A DNA stretch of 56,411 bases, counting the filler, from Sphacelaria rigidula (Eukaryota), in assembly GCA_964200075.2 (NCBI GenBank). It is 3 parts of 3 records of this genome, joined end to end, with 100 filler letters (N's around TTAATTAATTAA, not from the genome) between each part and the next. Parts side by side here need not be neighbours in the genome. Positions count along the whole stretch, not along the records: positions 18,842 to 37,579 come from CAXNAA020000803.1; positions 37,680 to 56,411 come from CAXNAA020000804.1; 1 more part is not named here. One strand, given 5' to 3'. This document shows, piece after piece, positions 35,301-47,870 of the stretch. Both the position numbers and the translations under genes were made by a program. The notes beneath the pieces are model-generated. The model ran no database searches and had not been told where the DNA came from. It saw nothing but the letters and a program-made list of their open reading frames with translations. Position 1 is the first letter of the stretch; each line of letters starts with the position of its first letter.

Positions 35301-37257
35301 CCGCTACAGGTGCCGACACCGATCGTTCCGCCGACAACCGGTGAAACAGTAGAAGTGGGTGAAGTGCTCCTAGCCGGGGGAGAGATGCCTACGGGGTTAG
35401 CGGATCCGGACCTGACGGACACAACGGCGATCGATCGTGCACTACGGGTACTCACCAACGTGAGCAATCTCCGGCAGCACCAACAAAGGGATTCCTTTCT
35501 CAAACAGGTGCAGTCAGATCTTGCAGGTAGCGAAACACCAGAGACGGTGAGTGAGAGACGGTCAGACTACAAAGTAGACGAGCAAGGTATACTGTGGTAC
35601 CGAGCAGACAACGACAAGGAGTTGCTAGCTGTCCCGAAAACGATGGCAGCTGACCTGTTGGCACTCGTGCATGCACTCCATGGACATATCGGAGTACGCG
35701 CCACCCTTGTTCTGATACATGATCGCTTTCATTGGCCTACTATGACACGTGAAACCAGACAGTACGTGCTATCATGTAGCTGTACACGACGCAAGAAGGT
35801 AAGCAGCCGTTAAATGGCGATGAGACCGGGGCGCACTCTACACCCATCGACCGAGTTGGAAATCGACTTACTTACCATTGATGTGATGTCGCACTCGCGC
35901 AACAAGTACATTCTGTTGGTACTTGACCGCGCCTCCCGATTCCCGTTCGGGTTTCCTCTGCCATTAAAGGAAGCGGAAGAGATCGCACGCATCCTAGCAG
36001 AGTTATGCCTAACTTTTGGTGTCCCACAAATGGTCCGCTGCGACAGGGGCAAAGCGTTCAGGGCCGATGTCGTCACGCATCTGTGCAGGTGGTTGAAGGC
36101 GGACATCGCCTTTGGGCCGTCAGACCACCACGCGGTCAGGGTGCGGTCGAGCGACTCGGGGGATGGCTGTTAGACATGCTATAGGAACTATGTAGGCTGT
36201 GGCCCCAGAGGTGAGATGAGTATGTCTCACCCGCCCTCTGGATCAAGCGCACATTCCCCAACACATCGCTCCCCTCTGACATGTCCTCTTTTGAGCTGCT
36301 GTTCGGCCGCAAACCGCGCACATCGCTAGACTCGCTCGTGCCCTCTTACAAAAAGCAGAACCGAGCAAGGAACTAGATGCCTTCGTTGAATAGCGCAGAC
36401 AGAACCTCCGCGAGGTAAGGATGGCGATGGACAAAAGGCAGGGGGCAAAAGCGGCGTCGCGGGAGAAGGATAATGCAGCCATCTCGAGACCATCAGCAGG
36501 CGCGTCGGTCACGGAAGGGGATCTGGTAATGGTGAGGAAGAGTGAAAGCTTTACGTATCGAGATGGCAGGGGCAGGAAGCTGCAGCACAACAGGTATACG
36601 GGACCTTGGACGGTGAAAAAGATACTGATGGTCGGACACAGTCTCGAGATAGTGATGCAAGGACGAAAACTACGTACTCGCACAGTAGCTCCGTCTGATG
36701 TCAAACCGTACCATGTACGGCCGCCGCACTTGAGACACTCCATTGCCGACGAGTTCGCCCAGTTTGCATGGGGATCGGACTTCAAGATATCGTCTTCGCC
36801 TAACTCCACACCCCGCCTCCTTACCCGAGTGAACCGCCGCGAGTGCAAATAAGGGAAAGGAAGAGCAGGTTGGGAGTACCAAGAAAGGACTCAGAAGGGG
36901 GCGACGTCAGAGTGGCTTCCGGAGAGCAAAGTCCTGGAAAGCTTCACACCTCTGCAACTGGATGGGTTCCACGCACTGTGGTGCCTTTACCACCCGGCCA
37001 AGACACCAAGTACGCCGTCTCGCTCGAGCATCCGCCATGCCCCCCTGTCACGCAGTGATGCCCTCAACTTGTTCCTCATAGGTTTCACGTTCTGGAAGAA
37101 TTTCGGTGGGGTCAAGCAGAAGGGACAAGTGTTCGACTACGGCAAGCGTTTCTGGAGAGTGCGATACGACGACGGGGACTGGGAGGAGTTGTCACGGAGA
37201 TAACTCCAACAGCTAGCGCAGTCGAGCGAGACGGCAACACCGCCAGTCACGAGCTAG
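32397..37257 (+). pseudogene. Gypsy pol polyprotein; open for 1089 aa (32544-35813), then disrupted integrase and C-terminal reader domains
   Basis: Stops at 35811, 36850 and 37201 among others; frameshifts near 36130 and 36340. Confidence 0.9.
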
Positions 37258-37579
37258 GATGCTGCGTAATTGAACAAAAGAAAAGAAAAAAAAAGAAGGG
37301 CACTAGATGGGACAAAGCGTAGAGTATCAACCCTCTAACACGGTACCTTGAGAGTGTGCAGTTTACATCCTTTTGTCTTCGGTTTTTTTGTTTTGTTTTT
37401 ATACGTATATAGTTTTGGGAAGAAAGTACGAGTCGTTTCTTGAGTTTCTCTTCCTTTTTTCTCTTTCTTTCTTCGTTCCTTTTTATTTATTTTATTTCAT
37501 GTAGAACAACAAATTGTGCGAATTGAGGTTTACCTTTGAGATGAGGCTTAAGCCTAAAACAGTGCTTTCCCCACACTTT

Positions 37580-37679
37580 NNNNNNNNNNNNNNNNNNNNN
37601 NNNNNNNNNNNNNNNNNNNNNNNTTAATTAATTAANNNNNNNNNNNNNNNNNNNNNNNNNNNNNNNNNNNNNNNNNNNN
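37580..37679. other. Scaffold gap with artificial TTAATTAATTAA spacer
   Basis: Same 44N+12+44N structure as 18742-18841. Confidence 0.95.
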
Positions 37680-37894
37680 TGACTTGGTCGGGCTTCCTCT
37701 GCTTGCAAACAGAGTTGTTGTCCACTGGGGTACTGTCGCCCGCAACCAATGATGCGGTTTTATATCGCGCGCATCATATCGCATCATATCGCGCGCGCAG
37801 CACAAGACACGGCTTCGGTACAGCGAAACGAACCCCCCACACAGACGGACGAATGTCCACCAGCAGGCTATAACTTGTCGTACGCGACTAGCAT

Positions 37895-38160
37895 CTATTA
37901 TGTTCTATTTTTTTACGGCTCTCGCTACTTATGGTCTCTTCGAAACATCCATCTTTTTCTTTTTCGGGTCTCGCTGTTTGTTGTCTGTTCTCTTGGTGTC
38001 TTGAAAGTAAACTATTCTGTTCTATTCTTTGGGGGCTCTCGCTGTTGAAACGTCCATTCTGTTTCCATATATTTCGGCTCTCTCTGTTTGTGGTTCGGTG
38101 TTGAAGCGTCCATTCTGTTCTATTTGTTTTCGGATCTCGCTGCTGTGTGTGGTCTCTTTT
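37895..38160. repeat. Degenerate minisatellite (attctgttctattt...cggctctcgctg units)
   Basis: About five imperfect copies visible. Confidence 0.55.
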
Positions 38161-38261
38161 TGGCTGCTCCTGACCGCGTGGTTTTTGATGTAAATTATTG
38201 TTCCGAGAAGGATCACACGGTTACTTAATTCCAGTATTGGAGCGGCGGATCATTTTCGTCA

Positions 38262-38360
38262 TTAATAATATTGATAATAAAATAATAATAATAATAATAA
38301 TAAATAATAATAATAGTTGTCATAATAATAGTCATAATAATAGTCATAAGAATAATAATG
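38262..38360. repeat. (AAT)n microsatellite
   Basis: Seen directly. Confidence 0.9.
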
Positions 38361-38948
38361 ATGTTTGAAGAGGCACATCGGTTTTCAGAGTGGAGTGCTC
38401 CGAATCGGACCCTCACTCTGAATAGTTGACGCTGAAAATATTTTCATGACGGAACGTGTACCGTTACCGGCTTTTCCCCCTTCCACTCTGACTCTGAAGT
38501 GCGAAAAAATATTCTCCGAAACTCTCTAATACTGTCCTGGCTGTAGCATGCTGGTGGAGAAAAATGAAGCCCAGACCGGGCCTGTACAAAACAATACCCA
38601 AACAATTCAATCCTGTTGACGTCTCTGCGGCACATTGGACTCTAGTAGCGCACGTGTATCCACCGACACAAAATCCCGAATTAAATCAGTTCAAAATCAT
38701 GGAAAACAACAAAAAGAATGCTAAAGAATTATTATTATATAGCGACCCGTACCCATGAACTCGGTGCCGGCTCTGGGCCCATGGCGTAACCTCTCCGTTG
38801 AAATGAACGCATTGTGCAGAAGTAAGTTTGGAAAGCATCGATCATTTTCTTTGTCACGAGAAGTAAAAAAGTACATAATGGAGAAAAGGTAGAATAGTTT
38901 TCATGGCAGTAACCAATCTCGATCTGTACACAGATCGGGGAACCTTAA

Positions 38949-39066
38949 CCCTTTTGGAACCCATTGACGATTTTTGTTTTTGTGAATCGGCATCGTTTTC
39001 AGTCATTTTCAAGTCAACATGATGCCGATTCACAAAAACAAAAATCGTCAGTGGGTTCCAAAAGGG
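38949..39066. mobile_element. piggyBac-like MITE with TTAA target-site duplication
   Basis: TTAA|CCCTTTTGGAACCCATTGACGATTTTTGTTTTTGTGAATCGGCATC ... GATGCCGATTCACAAAAACAAAAATCGTCAGTGGGTTCCAAAAGGG|TTAA; 46-bp TIRs with a single mismatch. Confidence 0.9.
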
Positions 39067-40399
39067 TTAAGTCGGCAAACGCATTTTACGGACCCCAATA
39101 CAGACCAGATCGAGGAAGCTCAAATCGGGATGTCACGATTTGATGATGATTTACCCCGGTTTTTCGCCCAAAATTGGGGAAACTCGAGGTTGCCGCTATC
39201 TGTAGGAAGTGACGCACGTGGAATGGCATACGGTCAGAGGGCACCAGGCTTTATGATTTTTGCAACCGCAGCAGCACACAGTCTCGTGACAGCAAAGGCC
39301 GTGCCTGCCCGCGCCAGCTGGTGGAGCAGCTTTGCACGGTATTTGACAAACGGATAGGAAGTGTCAACGCCGTACCCTGCGGCAATGGTAATATTTTATG
39401 CTGCACTGCGCTGCCGTTTGTATCACCGTAACGAACCGTACTGTGCTATCCTACTCTGTTGTCGCTGTACTTGCAGGGTAATGTACGGCACTGCACGACT
39501 GAAGACTTCTGGCACACTGTTGATGATTCTCGCAATACCGACCGCTGTGCAATGATGTATTACCACACGGCATAATCGTGTACTGTGATGATGGGGTGTA
39601 CTGCACTATATTACTCTAGGGTACCACGGTACGACACTGTACTCGAATCATTATTCACCGCCTGTCTGCTCTTCGGCTTCACTCTAACGCGATATCACAC
39701 TCATGCAGGGAATGACCGTCCGTGCACAGAACTATTTCACAGATGTGAGTTTCCCAAATATGAGTCACCCCCGATTTTGCACAAATTTTGATCTCCTTAG
39801 AATCGAGATTCCTTTCTATAAAATTTGGTCTTACACTGGCAAAAAGCGTCCTGCAAAGATCTAGAACTGCCCAGAAGCAGCTGTAATTTGGTGTCGAACA
39901 TGTGGAGGCATATCTCCCCATCTACGAATGTATCGGCAGCGATACACAGCTTGAATAGCCTTGAAAATGAGGAATACCTGGAGTGCATTCACTGTTTCGC
40001 GTGCAACTGACGTTCAGGGTCATATTTCTCTGAAGGTGGAGCAAATACCGTGCGAAAGTTTCGCTTGGTGGTCTGTTGTACCCTCTCATATGGTTGTGGT
40101 CGTTTGTGTAGGTGTTGGATGCTGCTGGGACGCGCATTGTGGTTCGCCATTGAAACAGCACTCGTTTTAGAAAAGCTAACTGTACCGGCATGCAGGTGGT
40201 GCACGGCAAAAAACGGGTGACAAAATCGTGGCGCAACAGTTATAGTGAATTTTCACCAGGGGTATTGAAAATATCTCCCCGAAAAAATGGAGCTCAGACC
40301 GTTTCTTACGGTTGATGTTTTCGGGGGCATATTTACTACTCTTGTGACATTTTACACGGTTTTTCGGTTCTGAACAAGGATTATCGCTATCACACGTCT

Positions 40400-40579
40400 T
40401 GGACACGTTGCATCACCCCACTGAGAGGCGAAAAAAGCTGGAGAGCAAAAAAACCTCACAGATATCGTGTTTTCCTCATGTCAGCTATATTTTTGTTGGC
40501 TATTCTCGAAACCTCGGAGCTAAGCAAATCGGAAAAGTAGTCTAGACTTCCTCTCGGTGGGGTGATGCATGGTGTCCAC
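40400..40579. repeat. Inverted-repeat relic related to the inner arms of the 7778-8183 MITE
   Basis: ggacacgttgcatcaccccactgagagg versus cctctcggtggggtgatgcatggtgtcc; same core as ggacactttgcatcaccccacagagagg at ~7883. Confidence 0.55.
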
Positions 40580-42599
40580 AATGTGTGTTTGCCAATAGAT
40601 TTCGTACGCAACTTATCCATAATGTTTGACGTCATCAATAGATTTGGTTCACAATCTAACAATTCTTCTCGCCATCAATATATTGGCTCACAGTCTATCG
40701 ATAGCCATTGCCGACATCATTTGGAAAGCTAAAGGTCGGCAGCAATAGTTTTACGTGAAGTGCCACAATAGGCTGCTGCCCGGGCAATAATTTGGGAAAG
40801 GGGCCTATCGATAGACACTGCCGACGACTATAGAAAGAGAAACTTGTCGATCGATGGCCATTACGGATGACAACATTGGCACCTATTGCGGCAGATTCCA
40901 TTGATATTCCAATAGCTGCCATCTATTGTCCAGGATGCTGGCACCCAACAAGTCGAAATAAGTCGACAAGAGGTGTAGAAGACATACTCAAGCATGGTAA
41001 ATACAACGAGCACCGGAACCAAAAGTGCCAACTCTCTGGTGAATAGGATCGGAAAGAAACGCGGTTCTCCTAGTCCCACAGTACAGTACTCCTGTGGTGA
41101 GGCACCAAAAAAGCCGCACGTTGTGAAAGTGAGAGTACAGGCTAAAGCCGAGCAGAATCTGCAAGGGAGCAACATAGGTGAAAAACAAGGAGTGTAGTGT
41201 ATCGTATAACCAGCCTTCGTGCTTCGAGTTACAGTAGTTCCTAAGCAGCATTTTGTAACACAGCCGTAAAAAGCAATACAGTAAACACTGATCCAAATTG
41301 TCGAACATAAGGCTCAACTTGTGGAGACGCATATTATGTTACATGTTGCGCGGTACCCCAAGGAACCGGCGACGTTACATTTCACGTTGACACATGTTTG
41401 ACCTCCCGCTGGAGTAAACAGCAGTGCTGTAGGCAGTAGCCGTTGATTCCAAATCGGACCTACCCGTACTCAGTCATATCCTACTTTGGATGTCGCACCT
41501 GGATCTTCGGATCTGGATCTTTATATTCGAAGAAGCGCGCTTCAACACCGAGAAGTGCGGACAATTAACCGATGAAATCTGTTTGATTCATTCGTTTGAC
41601 CCGATAGTAGGAGAGAAAACCCCACTGATTCGAAGACATGTTCAAGCGCTAATGTTTTAAAGAGATGAGTAAAATAGCTCGTTCTCTATATAAACGTTTG
41701 TAAGGCGCGAATAGCGAGCTGATGAACACCGAAACTTGGCAGGCAAACTCAAATGTGCGAAGTATATATTACCGTCGCACATGCAAACAAGCGTCACCCA
41801 CCGCTAGGTATTATATGACACTTTCTATACAAGAAGTGCAATCTTATCTTACTCTCCGTCTCTCTGCACGCAAGTTCAGTTCCAATGACTACATCAAGTG
41901 TTGGACTCACCGTTCACAGCAAGCAACAATAATCTCACGCACGGTATCCGGCGACAGGGGTGGTAAGTCCAACGCAGAACACGTCACGCTGAACGTCAGG
42001 ATGTCTTGAGCACAGCTTCAAGGCGATGATTTTCTTTTCCGTATTGGTGGTGTTGAGAACTCAACCAAGCATCAGCTTCGCTTCATCTTTCAGAGAGCAT
42101 AAACACCAAGGCGCCACCCAGTTCGATTCTGTTCCGAAAATGAAGTGAATCCAACTGGATGCAAAGAGGCATGCTTGTAACCGTCGTGAACGGATGCAAA
42201 TACCCCCTACCTCTTATCAGGCTGCACCGCCAGCAGCTCACAATCAGCCCTCCTGGTTCACCAGTCGAATAGCGAGCCCATCATCGTACCGACCCCCCAC
42301 CACTACGCCTCGGTCCATAACACCGCCCCTCAGGCTTAGGGTTGAAAAACCCTCGGGCTGAACGTGGTTCGACGTAGTATCGCCGTGTCACCATGCTCAT
42401 CTTCCTACAACAATCGACGTTGTCGTCATCCTGCGTAGCCGCCGGTGTTGATCACAGCTCTGCCGGGTTAGACCACGCAGGCAATTTAAACATCGTGCAA
42501 AAACGTTCCTATGGCTCCTTCACGGTCTCACAACCTGTATCCTCGTCCTGGCTGAGTGTCGGATTTTCCCCCTGAACTGCTCATGCGTTCGTGTCATTC

Positions 42600-45500
42600 G
42601 CCGTGCACTTTCTTACCCGTAACTGGGTCATCTCCCAGTCTCCATCTTCATACTTAACACGATAGTACGACTGACGGGATTTGTTGATGAGGGTCATGGT
42701 ACCGACGTCAGCCACGCATACAGAGATGACTCGCAGCATTTCGGTCTTCACCGGACGCGCCGTGGGTAAGGTCGCCGCATAGAGGTCGCAACACCAATTG
42801 AAGGAACAACTGAGCAATCATGGTGTATTCATTACAACATGAGATAGAAGGGAGTTGCGTGACTGAATATTCCCACGGAAGAACGCAGAGGGAAAACAAG
42901 TACCATCGCGGAGCTTAACGCTGTCTAGTGCTGCTTATGCGTGACCTTGGGCCGCTCTTGACCTCTTCGGCCACAAGTTTGCTGAGCCACTGTACAGCCG
43001 TAACGTCTCCGAAAGGCACTCTTATTATGTCACTCGACCCTGCGGGTGCATCTATCCTGTCCCACCTCCTGCGAGCTATCTCTGTATACGTGGCTGACGT
43101 CGGCGTCGTGACCCTGATCAACAAATCCCGTCGCCGATCCGTATACTGGTCCGCCCGTGGTTCCAGTGGCGGGCCAGTCAAGTGGGCATCCATGGGCATC
43201 TGCCAATTTCCCCATTCGTAGGCCGATAGGGTTGTACGGAAATGGTTCAGAAATGAAACCGCGGAATTGCCATACGTCGAGTCCCCGTCTCAATCCACTG
43301 ATCCTCCTTTGTACCCGATTAGTTATGTATTTTTGGTACCCAGCAATTTGGGAGTCTGGATGTCTGGCGTGATATAGCTTCTTGGTGCAGCAGTACATTG
43401 GACAAGTGTCGGTTAAACATGTCTCTTGGAGGTGCAGGACCGCAAGGTATCGTGGCCGCATGCGGAGTCAACGCCTCCATCTTCGCTTGCGCGGCTGGAG
43501 TGGCATCGGATGGGTTTAATGATGTCAGTGGATGACACATCAATGTCGGGTCCCCTTTCCTGGCTCCCCTGCAACCGGGACAGAGCGTCCGGCAGCTGAT
43601 GGTCCTGCCCAGCCCTCCACATGGGGGCCATGTGTACTCCATGGGATCATCATCCTGCGCGCTTGTATGGTGACAAACCGTTTATCGCGCAGCAAATCAG
43701 TGAGTGGGTCAGTTCTTGATACCTCTTGCCGGTAGCTTCGGATACGGTTCGAGGAAAAGTCGCTGGCAACACCTTAAGCCCAAATCCACAGCGTTGGTGC
43801 TGCTGCAACCGTGGCGGCTCTCCACGAGCTGCCTTTACTTGCTTAGGATCCGCCGCGAAAAGACACGCGCCATTGAAGTCGCTCAGCAAAGCTAACAGCT
43901 GTTTGCGCAGAGCCCAACTGGCCCGTGTTTGCCTCCGAGAGATCCACTCCTATGGGCTTCGTCACGTCTTTTTGCCTCTGCCGACTCGGACAGCGGTTGT
44001 GTACTGGTCAACCCAGTCTCACCTTCCTCCAGTGTCGACTTGGGCGTTTTTTCAGAATCGGGAACTGACAGACTCCGTAATCGCTCGCGATCCCGAACAT
44101 TAACAACCACAGCCTTGGCTACTACGCTACCCTTGCGCAAGAGATGAGCTCTCTTCGTGGTCTTGACCACCTTACACACAATTGGCAACTGAGGATCCCA
44201 CTGTTGTACCCCACTAGCCACACCAACCCGCGCGCGTCTCATGATCCAGATCGAACGCCGTCCGTGGTTCGATCAACGCGAGTCGTCGTTCCTGCGGTTG
44301 GGGCTGTTGCACGTAACCTGTAACTAACTTACTCACAAAGCCTTCGAACTGGACGTCCGCTGTCAAGTACAACAGCCACTGAAGCGTGGCGTCGTCTTCC
44401 CATTCAGTTCCGAGTTGTTTCCACACTCCATCCCATGCTGCCAGTTCACTTTCGCCAGATAGCATCCTCGTCGGATTTCGCTGGACACGCCTGGCTTGAC
44501 AGCACAGAACGGGGTCCACGCCGCCTTGGCCCCTTGGTTGTTGGGGTGGCCGGTATTAACGACTCCGAGTTTCGGGCGATCGTTAGACACGATCGGCAGA
44601 TCCCGAATCGGTGTTGACATGGTCAAACCCTCGACCCTGGCGCGCCGTGTCTAATCAACTGAAGAGATCTCCCAACTTTAGGCGCATGAGGTGGTGTCTC
44701 GTCGACTTCGTCTTCTCCCTCGACTCGGGCTGGTCAGGTTGCTTGTAATCGCCGAAGGGAATCCGTTATATGTCGTGCGAATAACTGCAGTCCCCCTTGT
44801 CGTAGTGTTCGCAGCTGCTGCCGTATGCGTGATTGAAGCACACCTCCACCATGCGTATTGCGACGTCCCGTGCCTCTTGTGGGACGTTCTGCGGGAGTAG
44901 GAACCCAGTTTGCGGCGCGCCGCCATGCGTGTCGAAGCGGACTCGCTTCGCCGGCGTAGGGGACACTCCCCGCTGATGCTTTAAAGTGTCCTCAGCGAGC
45001 GAGGGAGCGTCGAACAGAGTGCCCCCCCCGTGGTGTGGATGTCTTCTGGTTGCTCAAGGCTGCTGTTGAACCGAACCCCTTTTCGTTTGCCTGTTTGTCG
45101 GCGTTTTTGTGCAAGAGACGCGCCTTCGTGGCTACCAGGCCCCCGTATGTTGGCGGGGAACGTGACCTGGCGGGCCGAGCTTAAGCAGCTGCCGCCCGGT
45201 TCACGACCTGGTCGCTGGATTTAGCCCATTCACATTGGCGCTGTAAGACGGAGACAAAATCGCTGTGAGTGCGGTAGGTAATCCTTCCTCGCCTCCGCAT
45301 CGTGGGGCTAGTGGGATCGCCGAGATGAAGTGGTAACGTGCGCACTTTGTCCTCTCAAGCCTTGTTGGGGGGCTCATAATAGCGTGTTGGTCACGAGCTG
45401 CTGGGTCGCGTTGGGAATTACAAGGCGATGAAAACTCCCACTTAACGGTTAGACCAAAGGCTCAAATGCCCCCCTCCACAAATACTCCTCTCCGGCGAAG

Positions 45501-46000
45501 TGTGGAGCAGCAGGAGAAACCGTAGTCGCCATGGCCAACAACACAAGGCGATGGGCAGTTACTACATAGCTCTTATTCTTCAACAGCTTAGCGTTATTTA
45601 GGGCACCTTGTGCATGACCCCTACCAATCCTGACTTCTTCAGCTACGAGTTTTCGGAGCCACTCTAACGCGGTAACATCTCCGAAAGGCACTCTCATTAT
45701 GCCTCCGGACACCGCAGGAACATGTATAATGACCTTCCTCCGGTTGGTCATCTTGGTGTAGGTGGCTGACGTGGGCGTCATATCGTAGCTCGCTTCAGCA
45801 AGTCCCTACGCCCATATGTATATTGATCCGCCTGTGGTTTCAGCGGCGGGTCAGTCAAACGGGCATTTATGGGTATCCGCCAGTTTCCCCCTTCGTAGGC
45901 CGACAGGGCTGTGCGGAAATGGTTTGAAAGTGGAAGAGCGGCAAAGAGGGGGGATTACCTACCGCGTCACATGGAATTGACTACCCGCATAGGCCGTAAG
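42600..46000 (-). mobile_element. Second, heavily deleted and rearranged Gypsy element related to the first
   Basis: Minus strand: gag core (45900-45449), CCCH finger (44840-44775), post-protease domain WEDDATLQW...VGVASGVQQW...NVRDRERLRSL (44403-44070), RNase H end WRAGQDHQLPDALSRL (~43620-43570), second gag copy (43200-42915), Tudor motif YYRVKYEDGDWE (~42670-42630). No RT or integrase core recognised. Confidence 0.8.
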
Positions 46001-46358
46001 GGGGCCTTGGTTCAAGAATTTCGGGGCATGTTGGTGAGACGTTATGCTACTCGGGTTACCAAAAGTCGAAACGAGAAAAAATATTCCGCCGTATTTGTCG
46101 ACACTGCCATCAGAGCGTGCATTCTGTGTGCCACGAACTACGGACCACGTGCGTGAGGTGTAACGCCCCATGACATCGCACAACCATGGTTGTCCCTTGA
46201 CCCTTGTTGCCTATCGATAACATCATAAACGAGTCGGTCCAGTACGAGAAACCCTCCATGCCAAGATCGGTGTGAAACATTTCTTCCACACATCGGACGA
46301 GCACGAGTGTGACTCGTGGCACTCGCACTCGTTGGGCTGCTCGTTGGCCGTAAAAATC

Positions 46359-46575
46359 AATAGGGCGAGCAGTCGAGTCATTGCTCGTTGTGGAACAAAC
46401 TTATAGGGCGAGCACCCGCGTGATTGCTCGTTGTGGAAACAAACTAATAGTGCGAGCACTCGAGTGATTGCTTGTTGTGGAAAACGAAATCAATACGGCG
46501 AGCACTCGAGTCATCGCTCGTTGTGGAAAAAATATAATAGGGCGAGCACTCGAGCCATTGCTCGTTGTGAAAAAA
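46359..46575 (+). repeat. Tandem array, five ~44-bp units aatagggcgagcactcgagtcattgctcgttgtggaaaa
   Basis: Units start near 46359, 46403, 46446, 46492 and 46536. Confidence 0.9.
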
Positions 46576-47616
46576 ATTATCCCCCTTGGGAGCAGGCCTT
46601 CAGCACGACCGGTGAGGCTGGTCAGGGATGACGTGTCTAGCGTCTGCACGAAACAGTGGCTTCATGTTGCTGAAAATCCGCGTATGTAACCGCAGGTGTA
46701 TGAGGAAGACCGAAAGTTTCATCCAATCTATTTTCAGGTGCAGGGTGCGCATTAGGCAATGTACATCTGATCTAGCAAACAGTATTTGTCGCGGTAGAGA
46801 GCTATCAACAGGATGCGGCGACCAGCGGGCCGCCCGCCACTTGTGGCTTTGGATGATATTATTGTCCACGTCACCTTGCCACACAGCCCTTTGTGGTCGG
46901 GGTGGGCCGCCATTTCCCTCTTTGTTGCATGCGACAAATTCTCTTCGAAGGGAAAGGGCGTTGCGGCGCACATACATACAACACAGTGCTGTGCAGTACG
47001 CCTCTCCGACTGCAGCAGCACCTGCCGCTGCATACTCCCTTGCACGTTCTGGGCAGTTCTCAGCGACGGAGATAAGCGGCCTATACACAGCTTGTTCATC
47101 CCCGCCTACTACATATATGTCGAAGGTGCTCTACAAGTCATCGGCAGAGAGATAAGCAGATTCATGACGGTAGCTCCTTCTGTCTTTCCACGGCCCACCC
47201 TGGTTGAGTGCCTCGAAAAAATGACCACATTGTGGCATGTACACTATTTCCCGGTTTTTCCTACTCCACCCTGTGTTGGTGTAATTACCACGTTTGAGTA
47301 TAGGCTGGCGACCAAAAAAAACTCCCAGGAAATTCCGGGAACGCTATACTGAATGCAAGTAGTACGATAAGCCATGCTCCGAGCATCCTGGCTTTGAAAA
47401 CCTGGGAAGGCTCACCTGGGCCAAGGATAGGGCCCCCACACGATCTTTGCAGTGACATTACACTCGGCAGCAGTCCCCGCGCTGGTCGTTCGGGTCTGGT
47501 CAATAAATTTCGCCTCGCCGTGATTGGACAGGCCGCTCCCTGACTTATTTTTCTTGTTATTTCACTGGCACATGGTCGACCCCGTGTGTGAGTAGGGGGT
47601 AGGTCCCAAAAAGGTC

Positions 47617-47870
47617 AATAGGGCGAGCACCCGAGTCATTGCTCGTTGCTGAAAAATGAATAGGGCGAGCACTCGAGTCATTGCTCGTTGTGGAAAAAAA
47701 TGAAAAGGGCGAACGCTCGAGTCATCGCTCGTTGTGCAAAAAATAAATAGGGCGAGCACTCGAGTTATTACTCGTGAAGAAAAAAAAATGATCGGGCGAG
47801 CACTCGAGTCATTGCTCGTTGTAACAAAAGTAATGAATGGCTCGAGCACACGAGTCGTGCTCGTCGTGTT
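47617..47870 (+). repeat. Second tandem array of the same ~44-bp unit (5-6 copies)
   Basis: Units start near 47617, 47659, 47703, 47746 and 47790. Confidence 0.9.

Larger units (their letters stand above)
30184..37257 (+). mobile_element. Ty3/Gypsy LTR retrotransposon internal region (decayed): gag-PR-RT-RNaseH-integrase-chromo-like-Tudor-like
   Basis: Protease LLDTGA (~32541), RT ([44 protein letters not shown]), RNase H (LQTDASEVGAGAVL; RECMAVLWAV; LITDCSAL; LPDTLSR), integrase HHCC (HALHGH...SCSC), DDE (EIDLL, VRCDRG) and GPW motif. PR-RT-RH-IN order is Gypsy. Premature stops and frameshifts present; LTR pair not recognisable (3' side runs into a gap). Confidence 0.93.

Noticed and set aside
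39206-39338. Possible upstream TPR exon of the SMYD gene (GIRSEGTRLY...)
   Set aside because: In-frame TGA right after the candidate acceptor and only weak similarity.
46359-47870. CRISPR-like appearance of the palindromic 44-bp arrays
   Set aside because: Units are separated only by short A-rich linkers, not unique spacers; no cas genes; eukaryotic context; TIRs explain them as transposon subterminal repeats.
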